Shown: piece after piece, positions 1 to 9,039 of the stretch
Numbering within the stretch: the stretch's first letter is position 1
Layout of the letters: every line of letters begins with the position of its first letter
Assembly (NCBI GenBank): GCA_964557535.1
Contig: CAZLAD010000003.1
Coordinates: 25,671-89,670 of the forward strand
Source of the DNA: an uncultured Candidatus Saccharibacteria bacterium
GTDB taxonomy: Bacteria > Patescibacteriota > Minisyncoccia > Phycocordibacterales > CSBR16-119
Reading direction: 5' to 3'
DNA: 64,000 nt
The notes under the pieces: generated by a model
Told to the model about the DNA's origin: nothing
Database searches by the model: none
What the model saw: only the letters and a program-made list of their open reading frames with translations
Program-made: the position numbers and the translations under genes

Positions 1-123
1 AATCTTGACATATTTTCTGGTTATCGCGAGTTTGAGTTTTACAACACCAAGCCCGACTTCGATCCCCATTATTACGAAAACTACAAATTCACTCCACGAA
101 AAGTAAGTGAAATATATCATCGG
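1..123 (+). CDS. C-terminal fragment of an upstream gene (partial at the window edge); no product assignable
   Basis: Frame 1 runs uninterrupted from base 1 to TAA at 121-123 (..NLDIFSGYREFEFYNTKPDFDPHYYENYKFTPRKVSEIYHR*). A bidirectional hairpin follows. Confidence 0.3.
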
Positions 124-130
124 TAAAATC

Positions 131-165
131 AAAAACTACCGAGGTTCGACCTCGGTAGTTTTTGA
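131..165. terminator. Bidirectional intrinsic terminator hairpin (aaaaaCTACCGAGGTTCGACCTCGGTAGttttt) between two converging genes
   Basis: Perfect inverted repeat with an A-run on one side and a T-run on the other. A near-identical core (ACCGAGGTTCGACCTCtGTA) recurs at 26542-26562. Confidence 0.55.
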
Positions 166-1359
166 TTATCTCACAACAATTTTCACAAACCTTCTCTTCC
201 CTACTTTTAGAATTTGATTCGAAGTTATTTCAATATCGGAATTTATTTTTTCTTCGGTTTCGGCGTTTTTGATTGCACCAGCGGTGAGAAGACGTGTAAA
301 TTCATTTCCTGATTCGACGATTTTGTTTTCTACCAAAACACTTTTTAATTTCGTTCCGTTCGCAACCATGACGGTTTCAATATCTGTCGGAATTCCGCCC
401 TTGGAAAAAGTTTCCTCCCAGGCTTCGGCCGCTTTTTCGGCATCTTTTTCCGAGTGATACATTGTTACAATCGTTTTCGCCAAAATCATTTTGATGTTTT
501 TCGGATTTTCACCATCTTCAAGTTTGTTTCGGTATTCGGCAACTTGAACAAGTGGCACACGTGTCAAAAGTTCAAAATATTTGATGACAAACTCATCTTT
601 AAGCGACATGATTTTGCCGAACATTTCATTTGCGTTATCGAGGAAATTCACTGTGTTGCCCCAGCTCGAAGACATCTTGCGGCCATCTAGGCCTTCGATT
701 AGCGGATTCATGAGAACGTTTTGCGGTTCTTGGCCAAAGTGTTTTTGTAAATCACGCCCAGCAAGCAAGTTGAATTTCTGGTCTGTTCCACCAAGCTCGA
801 CGTCGGCTTTGACCGCCACCGAATCATAGCCCTGCATAAGCGGATACATCATTTCTCGAAGTGATACTCGCTTGCCCTCGTCGAGTCGTCGACGAATATT
901 GTCTCGGGAAGCGAATTGATTTATAGAAAAAATATTAGCCTGCTCACAAATCTCGAGATATCCGAGTTTCTTTAACCATTTGGAATTGAATTTGAATTCG
1001 GCTTTGCGAACGTCAATAATTTTCCCAATTTGTTTTTTATAATTTTTCAAATTTTCTTTGATTGTTTTTCCAGAAAGCATTGGACGCTCGGAGTCTTTGT
1101 CCGAAGTATCGCCAATTACGCCAGTGAAATCGCCAACAATAAAAACAACCTTGTGGCCAAGCTCTTGAAAATCACGCAGTTTCAGAAGCGGAATCGAGCG
1201 ACCCAAATGAATGTTCGGGCTTGTCGGATCAATGCCGAGTTTGACGCGCAGTTGTTTGCCCGACAAAAGCTTTTCTTTTAAGTCTTTGGTATCAATTACT
1301 TCCTCGACTCCTCGAGACAGTAATTCGTCTATTTTTGATACGTCTTTATTTACCTGCAT
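166..1359 (-). CDS. tyrS: Tyrosyl-tRNA synthetase (class I aminoacyl-tRNA synthetase)
   Basis: 397 aa. HIGH-region 'GIDPTSPNIHLG', 'KMSSS' (KMSKS) motif, and a C-terminal S4-like RNA-binding tail. Confidence 0.9.
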   Translation of the reverse strand: MQVNKDVSKIDELLSRGVEEVIDTKDLKEKLLSGKQLRVKLGIDPTSPNIHLGRSIPLLKLRDFQELGHKVVFIVGDFTGVIGDTSDKDSERPMLSGKTIKENLKNYKKQIGKIIDVRKAEFKFNSKWLKKLGYLEICEQANIFSINQFASRDNIRRRLDEGKRVSLREMMYPLMQGYDSVAVKADVELGGTDQKFNLLAGRDLQKHFGQEPQNVLMNPLIEGLDGRKMSSSWGNTVNFLDNANEMFGKIMSLKDEFVIKYFELLTRVPLVQVAEYRNKLEDGENPKNIKMILAKTIVTMYHSEKDAEKAAEAWEETFSKGGIPTDIETVMVANGTKLKSVLVENKIVESGNEFTRLLTAGAIKNAETEEKINSDIEITSNQILKVGKRRFVKIVVR

Positions 1360-1415
1360 TAGAATACTTTATCACTTTTGGGTGGAAATGAAAAACCTGC
1401 TAATATTGAAATACT

Positions 1416-3938
1416 ATGCGTAAAATAAAAAGGTTTTTTGCTCACCACAAGCACTTGTGGCTCAATGGACTTCTTGTGATTGTGACTTTGGGTGTTTTGG
1501 CGATTGGCAGTGTCGTTATTTGGGTTTCAACTCTAAAGGTTCCTGACTTCAAGGCTTTTGAAGAGCGTCGAATCCAGAGCTCAACAAAAATTTACGATCG
1601 AACTGGCGAAATCGTCTTGTACAACATTCACCGAGACAAGAAAAAAACAATTATTCCATTTGAAGAAATGGGTGAAAACATTGCCGAAGCAACAGTTGCT
1701 ATCGAAGACGAGACTTTCTACACAAACAAAGGTGTGAGTTTAAAATCAATCATTCGCGCAATTCTCGTAAATATTCGATCCGGATCTTATTCCCAAGGAG
1801 GCTCAACTATCACCCAACAAATTGTAAAGAACGCTCTTCTAACTACGGACAAGGCTATCTCGCGAAAGATCAAAGAAATATTTTTGGCTCTAAAGATCAA
1901 TAATGAAATGACCAAAGAAGAAATTCTGGAGGTATACCTAAACGAATCACCTTATGGCGGAAGCATCTACGGCATCAGCGAAGCATCGATGTCATTTTTT
2001 GCCAAAAAACCAATCGATCTGACGCTAGCAGAAGCGGCCTATCTAGCCGCTATTCCCCAAGCACCGACCCGTTATTCGCCTTATGGCTCAAATGTTCCAC
2101 TACTCGAAGCTCGTAAAAATCTCGTGCTCGACCAAATGGCAAAAAATGGTTTCATCACCGCCGAAGAACGAGACACGGCCAAATCTGAAGTTGTGACGTT
2201 TGTTGCCCAAGACAAACTCGGTATAAAAGCCCCGCATTTTGTCTTTTATGTCAAAGATTATCTAGAAGAAAAATACGGCGTAGCAACCGTAGAATCTGGT
2301 GGGTTAAAAATTATTTCGACTCTTGATTACGAACTCCAAGAAAAAGCCGAGGAAATAGTTTTGAAAAACGCCAAGGAAAACAACGAACTCTGGGACGCCG
2401 AGAACGCCTCGCTTGTTGCTATAGACCCAAAAACTGGTCAAATATTGACAATGGTTGGATCACGCGATTATTTTGACGAGGAAATAGACGGTAAATTCAA
2501 TATTGCTCTTGCAAAACGCCAGCCGGGTTCTAGTTTCAAGCCATTTATTTATGCCACGGCTTTTACCAAAGGCTTCACACCAAACTCTGTGCTTTTTGAT
2601 GTGCCGACAGAATTTCAATCGACTTGTGATCCATACGGTCGAGCCAAAACCGGCCCTCAATCAAATTGCTATAGTCCAAACAATTACGACGGCCTCTTTG
2701 TCGGACCGATAACTCTCCGAAATGCTTTGGCCCAATCGAGAAACGTGCCGTCAGTACAACTCCTTTATCTAACAAAAATCGCGGACTCATTAAAAGTCGC
2801 CAAAAACATGGGAATAAAAACCCTAGGAACAGCCGAAACCTACGGACTCACTCTCGTGCTTGGAGGCGGTGAAGTAACACTGCTTGATATGACGTCGGCC
2901 TATGGCGTATTTGCAAACGAGGGCATCCGCTACGAACCACAGGCTGTCCTGCGTGTAGAAGATTCGAAGGGTAATGTTTTGGAGGAATTTTCTCCAAAAG
3001 GCGGACAAAGAATTCTAGACGAAAACACCGCACGACTTATTTCTGATGTTTTGTCGGACAATGTCGCCCGAACGCCACTTTTTGGTGCCAACTCTTTTGC
3101 TTATTTCGGAGCAACTTCAGTTGCTGGCAAAACCGGTACCACCAACAACAACAAAGATGCTTGGATGATGGGCTATACGCCAAACATTGCTGTCGGTGTC
3201 TGGTCTGGTAACAACGACAACACACCGATGAAAAAAGGTTCTGCTATCTCTGGACGTCTATGGCGAGAATTTATGGATGTAGCGCTCAAGAAAATTCCAC
3301 ACGATTCATTTACGCCGGGAGAAATAAACGACGACCCAAGTCTAAAGCCGGTGCTTCGTGGTATTTGGCAAGGAGGTGAATCGGTGTTCATCGACACCAT
3401 CTCTGGTAAACTCGCAACCAACCTGACTCCAGAAGAAACCAAAAAAGAACTTGTGCCCGGCAATGTTCATTCGACACTTTATTGGATAGATCGAGAAAAC
3501 ATCCTAGGCCCCGCCCCAGGTCCACAAACCAATCAACAATACATAAACTGGGAAACCGCAACCCAAGACTGGTGGCAAAAAAACAAATACAAATACAATC
3601 TCATCAATGAATCAGAAATACCAGACGATTATGACGATGTTCACACCGAAGAAAATCAGCCGGAACTTGCCATACTTTTACCAAACGACACCGACGTCTA
3701 CGACGCGGGTGAGCCGATAGAAATAGAAATTGATTACGATACACATTTTGATGTTTTGTCGTTTGATGTGTTTGTAAACGACACATATCTTGGTACACGA
3801 ACGTCTGAACAATTTAATTTCTCGTTCATTCCACGAGACATTGAAAACATCTCGGATGTAAATGAACTAAAAATAATTCTCCGCGACGAAGTCTACAACA
3901 AAACCGAAGCTGTGGTGACGTTTAGAGTTGATCTCTAG
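1416..3938 (+). CDS. Class A penicillin-binding protein (bifunctional transglycosylase/transpeptidase, PBP1A-like)
   Basis: 840 aa. N-terminal TM, GT51 motifs ('EDETFY', 'GGSTITQQ'), transpeptidase 'SGSSFKPF' (SxxK) and 'KTGT' motifs. Confidence 0.9.
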   Translation: MRKIKRFFAHHKHLWLNGLLVIVTLGVLAIGSVVIWVSTLKVPDFKAFEERRIQSSTKIYDRTGEIVLYNIHRDKKKTIIPFEEMGENIAEATVAIEDETFYTNKGVSLKSIIRAILVNIRSGSYSQGGSTITQQIVKNALLTTDKAISRKIKEIFLALKINNEMTKEEILEVYLNESPYGGSIYGISEASMSFFAKKPIDLTLAEAAYLAAIPQAPTRYSPYGSNVPLLEARKNLVLDQMAKNGFITAEERDTAKSEVVTFVAQDKLGIKAPHFVFYVKDYLEEKYGVATVESGGLKIISTLDYELQEKAEEIVLKNAKENNELWDAENASLVAIDPKTGQILTMVGSRDYFDEEIDGKFNIALAKRQPGSSFKPFIYATAFTKGFTPNSVLFDVPTEFQSTCDPYGRAKTGPQSNCYSPNNYDGLFVGPITLRNALAQSRNVPSVQLLYLTKIADSLKVAKNMGIKTLGTAETYGLTLVLGGGEVTLLDMTSAYGVFANEGIRYEPQAVLRVEDSKGNVLEEFSPKGGQRILDENTARLISDVLSDNVARTPLFGANSFAYFGATSVAGKTGTTNNNKDAWMMGYTPNIAVGVWSGNNDNTPMKKGSAISGRLWREFMDVALKKIPHDSFTPGEINDDPSLKPVLRGIWQGGESVFIDTISGKLATNLTPEETKKELVPGNVHSTLYWIDRENILGPAPGPQTNQQYINWETATQDWWQKNKYKYNLINESEIPDDYDDVHTEENQPELAILLPNDTDVYDAGEPIEIEIDYDTHFDVLSFDVFVNDTYLGTRTSEQFNFSFIPRDIENISDVNELKIILRDEVYNKTEAVVTFRVDL

Positions 3939-3970
3939 CTAGCTTGTAGTGACTAGCTTTTAGCTTATAG
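3936..3970. repeat. Copy A of a 31-nt TAG-rich repeat (TAGCTTsTAGTGACTAGyTTTTAGCTTnTAG) that begins in the PBP stop codon
   Basis: Near-identical copies at 22466-22497 and 38290-38320; see findings. Confidence 0.6.
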
Positions 3971-3978
3971 AAAGAATA

Positions 3979-4015
3979 AACAAGAAACCCCCGGACTAGC
4001 CGGGGTTTTCTTGTT
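3979..4015. terminator. Bidirectional terminator hairpin (aacaagaaaCCCCCGGACTAGCCGGGGtttcttgtt)
   Basis: GC stem flanked by complementary A/T-rich arms, between the convergent PBP and SDR genes. Confidence 0.55.
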
Positions 4016-4789
4016 TTATTTTTTTAAATTTTGTAGATAACCTCCGTCAATTGGAATCACTTGGTTTTTTATTACGTCTTGATTCGTTAACCAGTAAATA
4101 ACTTCGGCGATTTCTTCTGGTTGTAGAATTTTACTTCCTGGTGAATCTTTTAAAATTTCATGAAATTTTTCACCAAAACCGTCTCGTGCAAGTTGTGTAT
4201 CTACAAGTCCCGGAGCAACACAGTTTACTATTAACTTTTCATTATTTTTACCTATATGGGCAACAGCGCTTTCTAGGTCTTTGTGAACACGTTTTTCAAG
4301 ATTGTCTTCTAATAGAAAAGTATATAACGAACTAATTGCTAGGGCGTGTGTCGCTTCGTCTTTTTGTCCTAAAACCTCCATAATTTCTACGCCACCAAGC
4401 TTTACGTTTTCGTATTCTTGCTCATATTCCAGTGTTTTATTTTGTGAAAATATGCCAGCGCAATGAATTATTTTATTGATTTTTTCTTTTTCTAATATTT
4501 TAAGTAATTCTTCTCTACCCTCTTTTGTTGAAATATCAACTTTTATAAAACGAGTATTTTCGAGCATCGAAACAGATTTTCCCTTTTCTTCATTTCTGCC
4601 AACCACAAAGACGTCGCTTTCATTTGCAAATCTTTTTGCAGTTTCTAGACCAATGCCGGAAGTTCCTCCAAGTATTAAAATTTTGTTTTTCTTATTTTCC
4701 ATTTTTGAAAAATCTAAGTTTAATAAATTTCTCAAAAGTAGGGCCGAGACTTGCTCGGCCGCACTTCTATGTGCTGCGCTCTTAACCAC
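4016..4789 (-). CDS. Short-chain dehydrogenase/reductase (SDR) family oxidoreductase
   Basis: 257 aa. N-terminal Rossmann motif 'ILILGGTSGIGLETAKRF'; length typical of the SDR family. Confidence 0.8.
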   Translation of the reverse strand: MVKSAAHRSAAEQVSALLLRNLLNLDFSKMENKKNKILILGGTSGIGLETAKRFANESDVFVVGRNEEKGKSVSMLENTRFIKVDISTKEGREELLKILEKEKINKIIHCAGIFSQNKTLEYEQEYENVKLGGVEIMEVLGQKDEATHALAISSLYTFLLEDNLEKRVHKDLESAVAHIGKNNEKLIVNCVAPGLVDTQLARDGFGEKFHEILKDSPGSKILQPEEIAEVIYWLTNQDVIKNQVIPIDGGYLQNLKK

Positions 4790-5183
4790 GAGCCACTTTT
4801 ACTCGATCATCAATGGCGTCACCGACTTTCAGGAGAACCCACAGCATGACGTACCATACGAATGGGGCAGGTACTGCCCAGATCATTCGGGAACCGAAGA
4901 CATGGTCGCCTATGGTAGTGACAGGAATCCCTTCAAGGTGACCGAAGGCAACGATGAACATGATGCCAATCCAAGCGATCGCCAGACTCGCGAGAACTGT
5001 GCTGATACCCTGCAGGCGCTGGCTTGTAATAGCAAGGCTGGCGCCCACGAGAGAGATCCCATTCAGGCATACGACCATACCGGTCGGCATTTTCCAAGAA
5101 GGATCAGTGTAGTATTCGAGACCGAAGCCGAGAAGCACAGCGGTCAACAAGGCATACAGGCAAGGGAGGGTTGTGCGAAACAT
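4782..5183 (-). CDS. Small hypothetical membrane protein (about 4 predicted TM helices), GC-rich
   Basis: Start placed at internal Met 'MFRTTLPCLYALLTAV...' (the ORF track extends it to 5417). Hydrophobic segments throughout. The local GC is higher than in the flanks. Confidence 0.4.
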   Translation of the reverse strand: MFRTTLPCLYALLTAVLLGFGLEYYTDPSWKMPTGMVVCLNGISLVGASLAITSQRLQGISTVLASLAIAWIGIMFIVAFGHLEGIPVTTIGDHVFGSRMIWAVPAPFVWYVMLWVLLKVGDAIDDRVKVARG

Positions 5184-5391
5184 GGTGAGGGGGTTGGTTA
5201 AATTTTTGTGAATGTACAGTCCACTCTTTGAAAACTCAAACTGCTTCAAGTTCTCAAAAGTGGGGGCGAAGCGTAGCCTCGCCCACTTTGGATTGGTCGT
5301 CTCGCGACGAGCTTCAGTTTCAGGGGATCCTACTCTCCCTAACCAGAGGCTAGACTGTCTGTGACTTTGGCTAGCTTTGTTTGGGTTTTTC

Positions 5392-6471
5392 CTACGAGTC
5401 GTAGTGCCATGCCGCATCGAACACTGGTACTAGGAACTGTTTGCCAGACAATCCCCTTTTCCGTGCCATGGTGACCGCCACCGCAAATCCCGCTCTTCCA
5501 GTCCGCCCGAACTCTGCCAGCACTTCATGGTGAAAGTCATCCCATTTCACAACCCATTCACTCTTGTCCGTTGGCTTAAAGCCGACGGCATTTATGAAGT
5601 TGTTGTCAACGAAATTACTTGTCACCAGCCCCACCAAATCAAGGTGGGGTATGCAAGCTTCGAGTGCAGGAAACTGAAAAATCGGATTAGCATAGGTGGT
5701 TCCGGGCAAGTCATGTCTCGCAATAACGGCCGGGTCAGCGATTCCGAAGATTCGCTGATATTTCCCAGAGGGTTCCTCAGCCGAAACTGGGAACTTTTTT
5801 CTGTAGGCGAGAGCAGACGAAGCCACTTCAAAACCTACAACCGTTATTTCGGGAAACAACAACTTGAACCCGGTCGCCATGGGAAGCGTTGTCGTGCCAT
5901 TGCCCAGGGGACAAATGACCACATCCGGCTTGATGCCGGCCTCAACAACTTCATCGACAAAGGGCCGGAACGCATCGATCGCTGCGCCGTTGATCGTCTC
6001 CCCTCTTCCGAATATATCGCCCATTGAGTGGCCAATATACCTGGTTCCGCGATTCTTCTTTTCGGCAAGAAATCTGCGGACATATTGAGGAAATCCGTTC
6101 ACGTACGCTTCGGCCGGAGTAAGAAGTAATTCTCCTCCAGCCGCTTCGATCGCGCGTTCACGAGCCTTCTCACCCCCAGCAGGAACAGCGATCTTGATTT
6201 GGTAACCAAGCGCTGTCGCTACTGCGGCTGCGGCACGTCCACCGCTCCCAGACGTGGTTTCGAGAAGCACATCACCCGGCTTGATAATGCCGAGACACTC
6301 TTTCAAGTAGATGAGCTTCAAGAACACGCGGGAGTAGTGGCACTCACCATATGGCAACTTGTAGTCGAGCTTGAAATGGTAGGTGTTACCTTCAAACTCG
6401 ATCGTTGTCACGGGAGAGTTGCGCACTTCGGTGAACATGTTCTCGTAGAGGTGTTTGCGATTCTGGTTCAT
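5392..6471 (-). CDS. Pyridoxal-phosphate-dependent enzyme, fold type II (cysteine synthase / tryptophan synthase beta superfamily)
   Basis: 359 aa. 'ETTSGSGGRAAAAVATALGYQIKIAVP' resembles the CysK-family nucleotide-binding stretch, and there is a glycine-rich 'GNGTTT' loop. GC-rich with G/C-ending codons. Confidence 0.7.
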   Translation of the reverse strand: MNQNRKHLYENMFTEVRNSPVTTIEFEGNTYHFKLDYKLPYGECHYSRVFLKLIYLKECLGIIKPGDVLLETTSGSGGRAAAAVATALGYQIKIAVPAGGEKARERAIEAAGGELLLTPAEAYVNGFPQYVRRFLAEKKNRGTRYIGHSMGDIFGRGETINGAAIDAFRPFVDEVVEAGIKPDVVICPLGNGTTTLPMATGFKLLFPEITVVGFEVASSALAYRKKFPVSAEEPSGKYQRIFGIADPAVIARHDLPGTTYANPIFQFPALEACIPHLDLVGLVTSNFVDNNFINAVGFKPTDKSEWVVKWDDFHHEVLAEFGRTGRAGFAVAVTMARKRGLSGKQFLVPVFDAAWHYDS

Positions 6472-6651
6472 GGTGGTTATGGTTTATGTGTTGGGCCCAA
6501 TCACACAAACCGACAACCTTTTCTGAAACTGCATTTTTCGAAGATCAAATTTCTAGACATATCATAACAGGTTTTGTCAAACTTGTCAATTTATATTTTA
6601 TATTTTGCAATAAAATCGCCGTAAAGACCTTATTTTATAAGTATAAAATAC

Positions 6652-6683
6652 TGTTGACAAACACTTTACAACTTTGCTAAAAT
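6652..6683 (+). promoter_or_regulatory. Sigma70-like promoter (TTGACA-18-TAAAAT) ending 6 nt before the TrmB start codon; likely a leaderless mRNA
   Basis: Hexamers read directly from the sequence. A direct repeat TTGTCAAAC-TTGTCAA lies upstream at 6570-6586. Confidence 0.4.
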
Positions 6684-6689
6684 TTCAGA

Positions 6690-7445
6690 ATGGAAGAGAA
6701 GTTAAAACAACTAGGTCTGTCGGATAAAGAGATAAAGGTTTATCTGTGTGTTCTAGAAAACACCAAAATCACCCCCGCCCTCATAGCCCGCAAAACAGGC
6801 GTTACTCGCCCAACTGCTTATGGAGTGGGTAAATCTTTGGTAGAAAAGGGTTTTATTGAGGCTGACGAGCTAAGCCCGACTTTATACTTCGTTGCCCTAC
6901 CTCCGGAAAATATCGAGAAAATTATCAAAAAGGAAAAATTAGAAATTGAAGAAAAACTAAAAAACATACAGTCTCTAGTTTCTGAGCTTTCTTTGGTTCC
7001 AAAATCTAAAAACTACTCAATCCCAAAGGTTAAATTTATCGATGAAACACGCTTCGAAGAATTTATGTACGAAAGAGCGCCTATTTGGAATAAATCAGGT
7101 CTTGCGGGAGACGCGACGTGGTGGGGTTTCCAAGATCACAGCTTGTTAGAACAATATCCTAATTGGTTTAAATGGTATTTTGAATTTTCTGCAGGGAAAA
7201 TAAAATCAAACCTTATTACAAACGACGAAGAAAAACAAAAAATGGGAGAAGTTTTGCATGAAAAATATGAAAGGGTTGCAAAATATTGGAACGGTGATGT
7301 CGGCGTGACTTATTCTGTCTTGGGAGATTTTGTTTTTATAGCAAACACTCAATCAAAACCACACTATATTGTAGAAATAAACGACGCGGTTATCGCAGAA
7401 AATATGAGAAATATTTTCAAAGGTTTTTGGAAAATGCTTCCTTAA
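6690..7445 (+). CDS. TrmB-family transcriptional regulator (N-terminal wHTH)
   Basis: N-terminus 'LGLSDKEIKVYLCVLENTKITPALIARKTGVTRPTAYGVGKSLVEKGFI' matches the TrmB HTH architecture. Confidence 0.7.
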   Translation: MEEKLKQLGLSDKEIKVYLCVLENTKITPALIARKTGVTRPTAYGVGKSLVEKGFIEADELSPTLYFVALPPENIEKIIKKEKLEIEEKLKNIQSLVSELSLVPKSKNYSIPKVKFIDETRFEEFMYERAPIWNKSGLAGDATWWGFQDHSLLEQYPNWFKWYFEFSAGKIKSNLITNDEEKQKMGEVLHEKYERVAKYWNGDVGVTYSVLGDFVFIANTQSKPHYIVEINDAVIAENMRNIFKGFWKMLP

Positions 7446-7702
7446 AAAATATCTTTAATTCCTTTTTCCGGGAAGGCCTCTCGAAGTTTTTTGAGAATAC
7501 TCTCTTTATGAAGGTTTATTTCTGTTTTGGTGTACGGATCGGTTTTTAGATGTATATTTTGGTTTCGGTAAGAAATTTCTTCTTTTTTTAGAAAGGTTTT
7601 TGTTTCAGTAAAAACTATTTCAATAATTTTTTCTTTAAACCTTTCTTCACCCAAAAGCTTGTCTTTGAACGCTTCGAGAAAATTTCCAAGACTAAGTGTC
7701 AT
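7442..7702 (-). CDS. Small DUF721-like protein downstream of dnaN
   Basis: 86 aa, immediately downstream of dnaN (3-nt gap). Position and size are typical of DUF721/DciA-like proteins. Sequence similarity is weak. Confidence 0.4.
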   Translation of the reverse strand: MTLSLGNFLEAFKDKLLGEERFKEKIIEIVFTETKTFLKKEEISYRNQNIHLKTDPYTKTEINLHKESILKKLREAFPEKGIKDIF

Positions 7703-7704
7703 TT

Positions 7705-8805
7705 TTATCTATTCATCGGCATTATTAGATAGAGAAAGCTTTTATCGCCATTACCTTTTATAACCATTGGACGATTTACTTCGTTCATTTCGAGGACAAC
7801 CGAATCTTCATTGATCGACTGGAAGCAATCTAAAATATATTTATGATTTAGGTTCATCTCTATCGCCTCACCCTCAAAAGCGCCGTCGACAAGTGTTTTG
7901 TTCTCGCCAACATCTTTGTTGAGGGCATAGACTTCAAGTTTTTTCGCTTTTGGATCGACTTTTATTTTTATCTGATTAAATTTATCCGAAAAAATATTTG
8001 CCAAACGAATTGATTCAATAAAATCTTTTTTTAGAAGGATTGCGCGAGTTTTGTATTCCTTTGGCACGATTTGACGATAGTCCGGAAACGATCCATTTAT
8101 AAGTCTAGAGGTTAAATAAAATCCTTGTAAAACAAAAGAAATTTGATTTTTATTATAATAAATTTTCATTTCACCTTTTACGTCCGACAATAATTTGATT
8201 ATCTCTAAAATATTTTTGAATGGAATAATCAAACCTTCTACGTCAGTTGGTTTTTTGGTCTTTATACTTTTTTCTGCTAAACGAAAAGAGTCTGTGGAAA
8301 CGAAAAACAGTTGGTTTTCGTTTGAATAAATATAAACACTTGCAATCTCTGGTTTTATGTCACTGACCGCCGAACTATAAAAAACGGCTTTTATTCCCTC
8401 TATAAATTTTTCAATCTCTATTTCAAAAGAATTTCCTTCTACTGTTGGAATAATCGGAAAATCTTCTGAGGAAATACTTTTTATCGTTACTGATGTTTTT
8501 TTATTGTTCAGGAAAAGGTTTTCTTCGATTTTTTCCATTTTTACAACTTTTTCGGAAGCACCTAAATTCATCAAGGTATTACTTATAACCTCTCCTGTAA
8601 CTACAACCTCTCCTTCTTTTTCTATTTTGGCAGGCAATTCAATCTCAAGTCCAAGAGAAAGGTTGGTTGAACGAATTTTTAAACTATTTCCAGAGGCAAT
8701 AAACAAGATAGACTTTAAACTCTCTAGACTAGAAGTCTTTCCCACGATTTTATCCGCTTTACTTACAGCCTCTCTTAGTTTATCTGTTGAACATTCTATC
8801 TTCAT
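7705..8805 (-). CDS. dnaN: DNA polymerase III beta subunit (sliding clamp)
   Basis: 366 aa with a three-domain clamp pattern, directly downstream of dnaA in the conserved dnaA-dnaN arrangement. Confidence 0.9.
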   Translation of the reverse strand: MKIECSTDKLREAVSKADKIVGKTSSLESLKSILFIASGNSLKIRSTNLSLGLEIELPAKIEKEGEVVVTGEVISNTLMNLGASEKVVKMEKIEENLFLNNKKTSVTIKSISSEDFPIIPTVEGNSFEIEIEKFIEGIKAVFYSSAVSDIKPEIASVYIYSNENQLFFVSTDSFRLAEKSIKTKKPTDVEGLIIPFKNILEIIKLLSDVKGEMKIYYNKNQISFVLQGFYLTSRLINGSFPDYRQIVPKEYKTRAILLKKDFIESIRLANIFSDKFNQIKIKVDPKAKKLEVYALNKDVGENKTLVDGAFEGEAIEMNLNHKYILDCFQSINEDSVVLEMNEVNRPMVIKGNGDKSFLYLIMPMNR

Positions 8806-9039
8806 ATATTTATTTACATCTTTATTCTATATAAAACCTACTATTACTATTAACCCTGTTGATAATGTGTAAAAGTCCGGAATATATTTACTGTTAACGT
8901 TTTTTTACTAAAATCAGTCGTGTAAAACCCTCTAACTTGTCTGAATTAATTTTTAATTTTTTGATCTCATTACTTAATTCAAAAACTTATTATTTTTTCT
9001 CCGCTATATATCCCCTGTTATTTACACATCTTATTAACA

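Noticed and set aside
2460-3463. Several 60-96-aa ORFs on the minus strand inside the PBP1A gene (for example 2460-2660, 2575-2790, 3173-3463)
   Set aside because: They are antisense to a long, well-supported CDS with conserved motifs. They have no start context or conservation and are typical shadow ORFs.
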